Of a stretch of 64,000 nucleotides of DNA, positions 48,563 to 61,385 are shown piece by piece (the stretch's first letter is position 1; the number at the start of each line of letters is the position of its first letter). A model generated the notes under the pieces. It saw only the letters and a list, made by a program, of their open reading frames with translations. It was not told where the DNA came from and did no database searches. Where the stretch lies: NCBI GenBank assembly GCA_000934665.2, contig KZ538112.1, positions 1-64,000 of the forward strand, read 5' to 3'. Source of the stretch: Catajapyx aquilonaris (Eukaryota). The translations under genes and the position numbers were made by a program.

Positions 48563-51500
48563 TAATGGCGTACAGTAATGCCATAATGAATCTTATGGTC
48601 TGCTCTAATAGATACTATATAAGATAAGGTTTTTTTTTCAGAAACTTCAAGTTTGGTCCTACTGAGTGATATGAAACTCGGGCAAGAGGAAGTTTCAAGT
48701 AGCTAGTGAAATAAAGTAGTTAGTGATTCCCTGGTGGGATATGATGGCGCTTGTGCCAGTTGGTAAGAGCGACGTCTGGCGGCAGGAAGAAGCCAATCCG
48801 TCACCTGGGAAAGGCCTGATATCGATCCCCACCTCACTCGGCATCCTTCTCTTGTAGCAACATCCGTCGATTGCTAACATTGCTAGGCTGCTTCCTTCCT
48901 TCCTTGGTCCCCCAACGACATGAATTCAAGCCGTCACTTCCGCCACAGATAAACCCTCATTTGACCCCATCTGATGAAACATAAGTTTGGACAGACGCTG
49001 GCTTGGACGCCACCGCCATTTTGAATCACTTGATGCTGGGGCACCCTGTATGCGCTGGCTGTGATATTAATTATTTTCATATAAAAATGTGCTTAGTTCG
49101 CAATGCTTTTAGTACATGCCTGAACTTGTGAGGATTTTATTTTCAGGTCTGTGAGCTTGGTGTGAGCAGACACGGATGAATTCACAGGCACGGATGCTTT
49201 TATCGGGTATCCTACAACGTATTTGCCTGGGTTATATCTTTCACACTGAAAATCAAAGTGAAATGCTGCTAGTGCATCCTTTCATGTGCAGTACGATGAC
49301 AAAGTGCTGCACCGGTGATATGAGATTTTTATGCGTATAGAATCTAGCATGAGTTTATCAACATATGTGCAGTATGGAAATTCCCAGATTATTATGGGAA
49401 TAAATAAAAACACAGCCCTTCGAATATCCTCACGTTGTATCTGTTGGTTAAATCATGTTGAGTAGAGAATCAGAAGGCATTCGGCTGGAAGGAGTACCTA
49501 ATTTCTTTCCTGGAACCTTTCCCATCTGGTGGCCATTATTGGTTGAAGGGCCCTGTAAACTAGTTGTTTCTTTCCAGTCCCCACGTTCCTCTCCTCCAAC
49601 CGCATAAACGTATACAGGGTCTAGACCAAAACAAATCAGTCACCTTGTCACACCTTGTTTAATATTGTACGAGTAGTGACTGCCAATGGAAATTGAAGCT
49701 GCTATGCTCGATAGCGTGTTGCTGAAAATTGTGTTTCAAACAGTATATATTTTTTAATTTATTAAATATCGTGCATAGTACTGTGTCTGTACCGGTGGTG
49801 TCATATCGATCTTCCATTCAATAAATTTGTGGCGCACTTAACGCGAAATTGAGATTCGACTAGAGTTTGTATCACGGTTAAACAAGATTTACACTCTATA
49901 AATCAGGTTTAAGAAAAGGAGCTAATTTATTTCACTACCTATCAATAAGAAAAGCCTTGCTAAGAGTGGTTTCTAAGGAGCGAGTGCTGTGAAAGGATAC
50001 GTTAATGCAATATTCCGTGTCTGCTTAGCCGAAGCAGCGCATCAGACTGGATTAAACCTCCATTCAAGTATTGCTTGGAAAAAAAAGCTGCAGTTGGAGG
50101 AGAAAATGAGATATTTTTGGAACCTATCCAAAGTTAGTCTGTCCCATTTTTTCAACAAAAAGTGTCTCCGAGCTAAAATTTCATCCTAAGGGATTAGGTT
50201 TAAACGCGGTTCATCCGGCGTAAAACGACCAATAAGAAGGCTCGTAAAAGTTCGCTTCTTTTCACAAACCTTCCTCCTTTTTACGGCCGCCGTCATTTTC
50301 CTGGACGCGCACATTTTTTTATGATGACAGGTATTTTATTGGTAATAATACTTCGGAACCTTTCATTTTAAAAATTACTGGCATAAAGTCCAACAAATTT
50401 TTGTCGCATAATTATACGCAAATTTTGCATTTTTTTGAGAAACTTTTTTATAGGGTTCTAGGCATTCACAGCCACAAATCCTGAATTAGCATATAAATAA
50501 ACCTGGGTTGAATTTTTTAGAGCCTTTCTAGATCCTCACATGTTTTAGGCAGTTCATTAATCATCTATGTACGTTCCAGACGATGTTTTAGTCCATTTCA
50601 AAGGTTTATAAGCCTTAATATTTATTAGGCTGCTCTATCATTTAAAGATACCCCTCTTTTTGTGAATAACCACGTTTGTATGCCAGCTTGAAAAAAAAAT
50701 CCGATCGACTTTCCCACTTGACTCCGACAGTCTTGCGGTTGAAATATAGTTCTTCAAGACACCTAAATGCCTCCAGGGGGTCTCTTCACATCGGGAAAAG
50801 ATAATTCTACGACCTTTGGAACATTCCATGACATTCGTCACTTCACCTGTGCATCATACAGTGCCTGGGAAAAAAATGCGGCGTTTGTCTCCAGCTACAT
50901 AGTTATTTTCCTAGGTTGTAACCCTGTAATATACCCTCTTACTGTTCATGTCAGTAGCTCACGACCCTTACTCTGGGGGATTAAAAATACATCAATAAAT
51001 TACTTCCGACATGCGATTAAACCGGCACTTAAATTCAGGATATCAGGAAAGCCCTTAATTCCGCGAATGGCTGTCAGCCATGATTCGAGCAGGACAATTA
51101 TATTCTGAGGAAGTACTGGCTGCGCTCTAACAGTACTTCATAAACTAATTGCTGTCTATCTAAGTACGCATGCGCTACAGGTGAAAAGCTCAATAATCCC
51201 CCTAGCCTGTGTGTGCTCTGTTGATGATTTTGTCATTTGTCTGCAGCGGAGGGACGGAGCTATCCAAAGTTGCCAGATGCACGGATTGTTACCAAGGGTT
51301 TATTACGGAAGTTACATAGGAACACACAAAAAAACTGTCGGTGGTGTCCCTGATAAAATCTTTCATTACATTGCCTACGTGGGTTGCACTCCCATTAATT
51401 CGAAGCGTAAATCCGAGGTAGCATTTACGGGGAATACCCGCAGGACATTTTGGAACCCCGAGATGACCCCACGCGCGACCGAGCGATAATCCAAACACAT

Positions 51501-53897
51501 GTGACGTCACCACACATGTTACACCCACAAAAAAAAACTCACCTGATGAAGCCAGCAGCTGGAAAATTCGGAGTCCCCCTATGCCCCTGATTGACACTTT
51601 CAATCTAGTTCATTAAAGTGGGTTGGCGCATACAGGATTGGAACCTGATATAAAATGCATATGGGATTATAACTACTATAGGGCAACATGACGAATTTTT
51701 TGGTTGTAAGTTAGTGTTGAATTTGAGGCGGGTTTTAAAAGGCCTCGAGGTACTTGCTGGGCGAAATTCAAGTGTTGAGTACTAGTAATTAATAGTATGG
51801 GGGGGGGGGGGGGGCTGAATTTTTTAAAAAGGAACCAGGTTGCATGTATTATGTATGTACCAAGTGGCTGTTTTAAAAATAGGTTTCCCGAGGATATTAG
51901 AGCTAACGCATATAGCGCATTGGCTTTCAGAACGAGAAAACTTTCGAGTAAGTTGGAAAAATCATGCGGTCTAAAACGATGTTTTTAAAAAGTGTAGGAT
52001 TATTACGCTGTCAGTTGCAGTACTTTTTCGCTTTGAACATAACAAGTCTGAGTGGAATTTAAACTACCTCATCTAGATTTTTTCTAGAAATACTTGGAAC
52101 ACACTGTAATATTACTTTGTGGTAATGTCTTCAGATGAATAGGTCGATCAAACATTCAACAATTTTGTTGTTTTGATATTGTTTTTCTGTATAGCGGATG
52201 TGTAATGTGCGGAATGTTACTTGCAACTTTGTCGGTGTAGCTTTGTCCTTCAGCATTGTGCTTCGGTACAGTAAGCTACGTTTATTTATCAAATAATGGT
52301 AAATACACCCAAGCTCATTGTCATTAATTAAAGTAATCTAGGTGCGTGTAATTAATTATTTGTTAATAATTACATTACATAGCTGCACGCCGTGATAATT
52401 ACTGTAGCAACCAATGAGGTTAGCCAGAGGTCTTGAACCCATATACAAAATTTGCCGAAAATTTCACCATATATTTACACTTCTGTAAGTGATAATGTTG
52501 TGCATGTTGAAAGTGTTGATGAAGAAGCGTGTGATGCATGACTGTTAGGTACTGGATATTTATTTATGTTATAAATGTGCACTTCTCATTTACAATAGCG
52601 TGGTTATTATGCCTACTATGCTCGTTTATTATGGAGAGATAATAAACACTGTTCAGTTACTTTGATGTTTCATATTTATGTTTTGAGGTTGGCTTTTGCT
52701 GACAGGAAAGGGTGGTGATTGTCATCTTTTATGCAGTACATTGTTTCGTGTAAAATATATGCAGCTTCTGCGCAGGGATGAGAACAAAAAAAACTGTAAT
52801 TATATACCTGGTTAACCATGCAGATGATTATGTTAACGTTGGTGGAAGGCCAGCATCACTCGTTCGGTAAAAGCTGTGTAGCACTGACTTGCGAGTATAA
52901 TTTTAAGCTTTAGAACAAAGGATGCGTTTGTTTTTAGACGCATTGTTTAGGTCCCGTCAGATGTGCTTATGGTTTGTCCATTTCCATATTCTTTTTCGAC
53001 AGGTCATTTTGACCAGAAAAGCATATCAGATCGTATTATTTCCCCTATTTTAAGCACAATCTAGTGAGGTACTGAAACTGGTTTTATTTTATTATGAGAA
53101 ACTGTATAACCGTGGTTTCTGCTCATGCTATGATTGCACATGGGAAAATCGCTCATTACCCTTTCCTTTGATTATGCAGGATGATGCGAGGGACTTTAGA
53201 CCACATAGCTCATTTTGTGCATATTTTTCATTCATATTCCAGCAATGAAGGCGGGAAACAATGGAACTTCAATAATTACCTTTTGAATCAGCTTGGAAAG
53301 ATGCAATCCAACTTTAAACGATTTCCCGCTGTTAGCACTTGATGCAATGTATTGGTTCAGCTTTATTGCAGAACACGTGCAAAGGAACGTTGGTAATTAT
53401 TTCGCTTGATATCTTGACAGCTCTTTGGTTCCATTTAACATTCGAGAGGCGAAAAACCCAAGCCCTTTCATTTGGAGTCCCGGACTACGCCGACGCCATG
53501 TTTGTTTTGGAGAGGTACATGTTCACTTTTGGCGGCAGTTAATTGCCTGCGTGAAGCGAGCCCCACCCCGCCGGCACAAGGGGGGACCACCATAGCCAAA
53601 AGAGTCAAAAAAAATTTTTCGTCAGTGTGAAATTGCATTCACCGGGAGCCATTGAGAGCAACTATGGCTGCAGGGGAATGGGTATGCGCGACGTCATTTT
53701 CTTCTTTTTACATGCCCACTAATCAATCGGGATAAATGTTGGGCCAACACGGATGCTATTGGCGAGGGTCAGGTAGAAGGGCTTAGAGGGCGGGAAAACG
53801 GATTATAGGTATACGTGACTGTGAATAGGGATGATGGCCATGTTTCATTCAGCACTGACAACAACAACAATAACAACAACAAATGTTTTCTTTACAG

Positions 53898-54058
53898 GTC
53901 GTTTCCTCCGGTGGTGACACCTGCTGTGGTGGTTCCAGGGACTGATACTTATGTATTGGTGACGTCACCGTCGTCAATCAATGTCAGCGTGCAGCTTCTC
54001 AGCAGACCTGAGGTTAATGGAGGGATCTTGTTGGCTCAAGTCACACAAGTTATCTCAG
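53898..54058 (+). CDS. Isolated 161-nt internal exon, possibly the first macroglobulin (MG1) domain of a TEP/CD109/alpha-2-macroglobulin-family protein
   Basis: Strong acceptor TGTTTTCTTTACAG|G and donor CAG|GTACTG; open frame SFPPVVTPAVVVPGTDTYVLVTSPSSINVSVQLLSRPEVNGGILLAQVTQVISG with alternating beta-strand pattern and a P-x-V-x-x-PG start as in MG1 domains. Family is a visual match only. Confidence 0.45.
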
Positions 54059-57000
54059 GTACTGTGTTCATGTTTTGTCAATACGATTTTTTTCGGGCTA
54101 AAACTGCACAACATCGATGTTCAGTCATAATGAAATACGTCGGTGAATAATTTCATTAAAAACTGATTATGCTGCAGTTTAATTATGGTATCACCGAATT
54201 TATATCTTGTTAGGGTTTTGTTTTAAAATCGGATTTTCATATAATAACACTTAACAGTATATTATTACGGACATAATAGGCTACTATTGTTCGGATGACC
54301 TCCCTCAATGGACTGTCATTAACTGACATCAATTTTAATGATTAATGTGCCATGTTGTATACCCATCAGCACAACGCTCCAGAAGCTGACTGTTATATCC
54401 TTGATTCAGCCTCATTAGTATAGAAAGCAGGAAGTACGATGAATCAGGGAGCAAATCAAAAATTCATATTTTAATTATTTTTCATAACTAACCCTGCAAA
54501 TTCAAACATGGATATGTATATTATCACTCCCCTGACTCGAGTACCGGTAATCCATCGGTCATACTTTTTAAATGCGATAGGATATTCGCCCTGATAATTA
54601 TTCGATTCATTACACCCAAAGTGATCTATTGGATTAAATGATTAAAAGCGAGGTCAATGTTTGAGGAAGAGCACGATGGATTTGGGGGCTGGGAGGTGGA
54701 GGTGGTCCAGGGGGTCCGGAGGTAATGAATCGATTGGCTGGCAATTGGAAAACGCGAGATAGGCGGAAATGAAGGTGAGGATGTGGAGGATGGAGGGAGT
54801 GGGGGGGGGGGAGGATGGAAATGGAAGTGCGGTCAGAGAGTCGCAGTCTCCGCCAAGTATCGATTATGGCCCTGGGTCTGTTGNGGGGGGGGGGGGGGGT
54901 GGTAGGAGCTAAAGAAGAGAGAAAAGATCAAAAGTTTTCGACTGTGCTGCAGGCTGCGGACATTTCAATGACCAACGACAGGAGACGGCGTTTCATGGCT
55001 CAGATCTTAAGAAAGGGTGAAAAAAATGGGTGAAAATATGTGTTGATTCTGAAGACGACAGAAATGCGATGAAAAAGCTCTTTTGGGGTGTCGTTTGTGT
55101 CGTGCTGTACAGGGTAGGGTAGTGCGAGTAGACATCCTACTTCATCCCCTCATATTGCATGGATGTAATTTACGAGTTACGCCATAACAGTAATTTATGT
55201 GAGCTATAATTTTGAAATGGGGGACATTAAAACTTTCCTAATGTGAATTTTTTGGTTTTCAAATGAAAAAGCGCGTATAAAATTATTAATATTCAGTGTA
55301 ACTTTGGACTTTCGTGTGATTGTAGTTGAGTAATGATATGATTGTTTTCCACGCTTTCTAGTAACCACTGCAACATGCACTTATTGAGCAAGAAAGCAAT
55401 ATAGTACTATGGTATAGAACGACGTGCAGGGTCTGTGGAAATGAGGCTGGACATAGCTGGATCTCATTAGTAGAGCTTTTCTTCCTTGCTAAAACTCATT
55501 AACTGACAAAAAGTATAAGTGATTTCATCAGGTCTTCTAAAGCGAATACTATACAGTTGGACATGCTACATAATACGTCAAAGGCACAAAAAAGATACGT
55601 TTTACTCTCTTCTGAAGTGAGTAATTGCGATAAATGTTCTTCCTAGCTTTAATACAGTTTTAAATCCGCCTAGAATGATGATATTGTTGCAGCTAATAAA
55701 CTCTCTCTCCACTGCATGAGCAGCACTAGCTTGATATTAATTTGGCAAGAATTTATCCTGATGAATGATGCCCATATTCTGAGCAGTGGATTTAAAATTC
55801 AACGTATGAGTCCGCTCTGAATAATTTTCGACCCTTTCAAGAAAGAAAAACTTTTTTTTTTCTTCCTTTCCCTTTCTCCGCCCTGCTAATGGATCTCATA
55901 AATTCTCTCCAGGAAAACCCAAAATTAGCATACATGACGTGCCAGTCCTGGGAAAAAAAAAATCCATTTTGTGTTCCCCTCGCGTTTCCGGGGACAAATG
56001 TGACGTCCGGTTTTCTGGAGCATCAGACACTTTATTACAGTGAACGTGCTTCTCAATGCTGTAAATATAAGGCAGCAATTTTTGATTTATTATATAATTA
56101 TTGTAGACTTATAGGAACAGTCAAATGAACTGTTATGTGTGAAGGCGAACTTTGACATATAGCTACGACATATCAGGTGATGGAAGGGACCTGAGTATGG
56201 GATAAGGTGTCATATGTTGCTGTCAATTTTTGCACACTGATAGACCAGGTTTTCCTCCAGCTGTCAATAAAAGTCACTCTATTATTACTCGTAGTTCAGT
56301 TAAGCTCTGAAACAGTTACCTTATTTTGACAATAATGTGAAGCCTTCAAACGGATATTTCTGATCCTAGAATATTTTGTTGATTCCCCTGTCCAGTATGG
56401 GTGGAGTGTGGGGGGTAATGTCACTAACCTTGATTATAATAACTAACAATAACTTTGCATCAAATTTGATATATAAAGCAGTAAATTGCTTCAGACTTTT
56501 ATTTACAGGCTTTCAACATATTTGCATAGCTTATGCTCGGATGATCAGGAGATATGCTGCATCTACCTAGGCAGAAAAGCAAAATGTAATATAATTATAA
56601 AACTTCGACATTTTGCGTAACATGCCTCTCTAACGTTGCAAAGTTCCAAATTTTGATTATTTTTTCATCTCGTTATATTATGCAAGGGGTAACCAAATTG
56701 CATTAATAAAAAGCGACTTCGCCTCCAATCATGAATGAAACCAAAACTAGTGCGCATACTTCCTTTGACAACCTATATTACAATCAAGTGGTGCATTCAT
56801 GCACAAAATGACAGCTGAATCCTAATTTAATCTAATTACAGCGACGGAAATTCGCTGATAACAAACTTTGCCAAACTTGCCGTTGTTTCTCTGCGACTAT
56901 GACTATCGAAAGATTGATCGCAGCTTTGAGACGAGGCTTTATATGCAGCCTGGATCTGCACATAGTATAGTCCAAAGTAAGAGCAGGTTAATGGTGGTGG

Positions 57001-58077
57001 CATGGGAGGAGCTGTGGGGGGGTGTTAAGAGTGTTGGGAAAAGATGGCGGGATTGTTGCCTGAGATGCGAACGATAGCATCGATCGCTAGTCCTTTTCTC
57101 GCCCTAACTTCTTCTAAAGACTTCTGACGGGCCAATTAGATGGCAGCGACTGGCGCCATGTCTCCAGGGAACATTTGACCCACTAACTTTTTTTTTAGTA
57201 GGCCTTCTTAAGGATCTCGTTGAGGATATTTTCTCATGATGATAACGCAGGTTTTTCAGAGAAATTATCTAGAAACACGCCAGGTGGCGAGATGGCGTGG
57301 TTGCCACATTTTATGACTAGACTTATCTCGAGAGTGACTTTAGGTAAACACAATTTGTGGACAATATTTTGTGTAATAATAATTCATCATTGATTATTTC
57401 GTGGAATAGATTCGCCATATTGGTTTTGAAGCTATATTTTCGTATTCATAGTGGAGAGGCATCTTCAGAAAAGAGAAATTATGTTTTCTAAGCAAAAAGG
57501 CACACCGTATAATATTGATTCAAGTGATTAAATAACCGCGATGTCCTTAATTTGCAAACTAAATCAGTCCTGTCCGATGTGAACAACAGCGGCAGGCTTC
57601 CTTTATTCTAATTTCCAATTGTGCGGATTTTACGAAATGAATTTCAGGGGCCTCTCCCGGATTTGGAAGCTTTGCATAAATTATCTTATGGGGGGATAGC
57701 TAGACAGGGACGTGGCTGAGTTCCTGCCTGGCATTTGCATAATGTTTTCTTGACCAAAAATGGGCAGGATTCAAGCGAACGAATCGTTTCAGAGTGATAT
57801 GTTTTCAGGTATTTACACATACAGTATAATGTGTGTGTATATAGTTAGAGACGTTTGTTGGTTATTTGGAACGATCTAAAATGCACTTCCGGCAAGTTGC
57901 ATTAGTAAGTAAATTGAATCCTCAAATGTAAATGATATCCATAGAGACATACACATAAGCTGCACAGACTTACAGGGACTTATGTATACTGTACACTGAA
58001 TGACTCCTGATTTAACTACTTTTGCACAAAGTACTAACGTAAGTTACTTCCCATCCGAAAGTTCACAATGAGTACTA

Positions 58078-58129
58078 CAGGGTGTGTTAAAAGTAGGCAC
58101 AATTATCTGCTACCAACTTGCGCACCCTG
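58078..58129. mobile_element. Minimal Tc1/mariner-type remnant
   Basis: TA|CAGGGTGTG...CGCACCCTG|TA. Confidence 0.55.
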
Positions 58130-61100
58130 TACACATTAACATATTTGGCTATCACTATCAAAATCAATCGTAGTGTTCCTCCAAGTGCAAATCCTCCGAC
58201 AATGGGTGTTCTCGTTAGTGAAACTGCCAACTTTGCGGGTAGGCCCAGGGAGGGTAGGGAGGGGGAGAAAGAAGCTGGTGGGGACTGGGGAGGAGGGGGA
58301 GAAGACGACATTTTCCCTCTCCGCAGTGAGCAGTCCCCCTAGCCCCTAATTTGCAGCCAGCGGAAGGGGACACTTCATAAAGTCTCACCCCAAAATGTGC
58401 TTCACTTCCACATCCCCTCAACGCAACCAGGATTTTCTCTTCACTGGAGCCTTAAAGTCGCTGGGATTTATTTTCTACTGCACACGTCATGTCGACATCC
58501 TGAAACGATTTTAGACCAGGTTCGAAAGCCGTTTTTCATAGATTCGGGTCAAAGGATTATATTGCATTTCAGATCCGCCATATTGAACGGATTTCGAGGG
58601 GATTCGATTTCGTCAGCACACCTCGCTCTGCTCAGGTGATAGAACGACACAGAGGTTCTATGATGGGGTTTTATATATACGGGAAGGTACGCCCAAAACT
58701 GTTGGTAGAGTTCGGTTCCTTTGCCTGAATTTTAGTCCTTGTATGTATGAATAGACAGATGGCGTGAGTGGTTGGCCCTCTCTAGGGAGAAGTGGTCAAC
58801 ACTTGTGTGAAAGTGACATCGCAAAATTACAATGGAGACGACAGATTCATTATTTGCAGATGTGGGAGTAACGATTCGTGGAATGGAAAACATGTCAGTT
58901 TAAGTGCCGAACTTATTTGCATCTCACAAGTATGACTAATGATATGCTGTATGTTACATCCAGATAATTACAAACGGTATCGACAGGATGTTTTCGAAAT
59001 GTATGGTCACGTTTTTGCGAAGTATCAGAGATTTGATATGTTTCTTTTTCTCTCTTTTGTGGGACTAGAGCCAAAAGAAAGCCCCGTATGGTGAAATACT
59101 ACTTTTACTCACTGCTAAGAGTACCGGTTTTCATTTCATTGAGAACATATTGCAGTTATGCCACTTGCTGAACAAATCATCATTGAAACTGGCACACTAA
59201 ATTGCTAAAACTTCTTTCGGTAGAAAAAGACAAAAGTTTTGAAAAATGTAATCTATAGTTTCAGGTACTTCTAGAAAAAAGCGATTCAAAGCATGCGATG
59301 GTTTCATGCCATATAGACCTATTAGATCACAATCGAAAGGTCTCTTATAGGCGATGGTCTTTTGCAAATCGCGTGACTAAATTAATTGAGTCATTTTATT
59401 TCTTCACTCACAACCGCCATGTAAGGCGCTTGCATGCTAATATGTAGGTATGATACAATGGGAAAAGTACGAAATAAACATCCGAGCTGTTTGTGTATTC
59501 TGCATAAACACTGTTTTCCGGGACTTCGCTGTTGCACATTTTTCGAATGCGACAAACTAGTCATTACCCATTCTGGAAAGCAGCAGAATATTAAATTCCG
59601 TACGCGAATGCCAAAATATTGCAAAACACAGCATTCACACAAGTGTAGGATTGTAAACAGCGATGATTTGCTTAATTGCCAGCCAAAGTTCTGCAAGCAC
59701 ATGTGTTCAGGCTGTTGAGCAATGTTTACCACTCATTGCCCCAAATAGTGTACAGCGACCCAAACATTTATCTTTGCATTATAATTATCTAAAATATTTT
59801 AAAATATTAAAATATTAGTGTTAACTTCTAGAGATGGGCACAACTATACGTACAGCTGCTGCCAGTATTTGCATATTGACCGTACTCTGTACAAAAGTGG
59901 TCTGACGGACGTCAGTATACGTAACTCAGTCTCTGTAAATGTTAGCGTCAAGACCACAAAGGGTCGGAGCATGTGGAGGCGAAAGAGAAGGCGTTCAAAG
60001 TGAAGGCTTACGGCGAGGAACTCGATATGCAGTGGAAGTGTTCAACGACCCCTACCCTCGTGTCCATTCTCTGATGGAATTTCTACATCATTCTCGGAAG
60101 GCTGACCCATTTTTTTTTCTTATCGTCGTGTTCGTCATTACCAATTGGTGTCTTGACAATCTGAGTGCTGGATGATCTGGAGTTGTCACTTGATTACACT
60201 GTACCTGTACAGTACATTTTGTCGCCCAAAGTGCTGAGCGTTAAAGCTTCTATCAGGCTCACTTGGTTGTCTGGAAATGGAAGAGGATGATATGGTTGCT
60301 CTGTGCAAGAGGGTAGAAAATGATGTCTGCGATAAAAATCATCCACAATTTAACTTGCGCCAAAGGAATGAAGAGCTGTGCTCTCAAAGCGGCTTAATTA
60401 CATGGATCAGCTTTCGGCTCCATTATGGGGCCTCATATTATTGAGCTACAGTATTTTGGATCTTCCTACTCGTATTACAGTTAACGGGTAGTGCGTATAT
60501 AATAGGTCATTATTTATGCAACATCACGTAACCGAGAGGAGCATATAATAATCTGATGTTTACACATCCTTAATATTTTCAACTGTTATTCAGAGTGAGC
60601 GCATTATTTAATTGACAATGCTTAATGAATCGTGCGAGAACAGAATTGTTTTAAGATCATTAGTAATGGAAGCGAATCTTTCCTGCCTTTGCTAAACGTG
60701 CAATAGTAAGCAATAATAGACACATTAATGATGCCGCTCTGGATCGATTCTTCAGGAAAGAAAATCGCCGACAACGTTTTCTGCTACTGCAAATTTTGCA
60801 CTCTACTGCCTACTTTGCATAAACGCTGCATTCAAAGCAAATTCGGTAAATAAAGCTTTCAGACCAAAAAAAAAATCTCGCCTTTATTTGCTGTACCTTC
60901 CTCTGCTTTCTTTGTTTTGCACGGAAGTTCCAGCGTAATAAACAAGCAAACCTCATTGGTAGTTTTGAACAGTGGCTGTTGTTTTCTGCCCTAGAACTAT
61001 AGTCTGTCGGACATGAAGTGACGCAGTAAAAATATGCATAGCAGACTGACAGCGCCGGGTGCTCTTCCTAATGAAGTTAATGAAGTACAACCCCGTTTTA

Positions 61101-61242
61101 CAATGTCATACTGAGCAGGGTTAATGCCCTTAGTTCTCTGCCCACCAAAGCGACAATGGACGACTCGGCAGTAAAATTGCTTAGAAAAACAGGACAGTTC
61201 ATGCCCAGTGTGTACAGTGCTGGTTCTGCTATCGACATTTTC

Positions 61243-61385
61243 CGAAGTGATAGAGCCGTGCGAGTAAGAAACGGTAGCCCTTTGGTGACGTCACCGGCTG
61301 GGGGGCAATGGAGAAAAGGCTTGTCCCCAGCCAGTGACGTCACCAAAGGGCTACCATTTCTTACTCGCACGGCTCTATCACTTCG
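61243..61385. mobile_element. Palindromic MITE (143 bp)
   Basis: CGAAGTGATAGAGCCGTGCGAGTAAGAAA...TTTCTTACTCGCACGGCTCTATCACTTCG; ~60-bp near-perfect arms each with TGACGTCA; no clear TSD. Confidence 0.8.
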
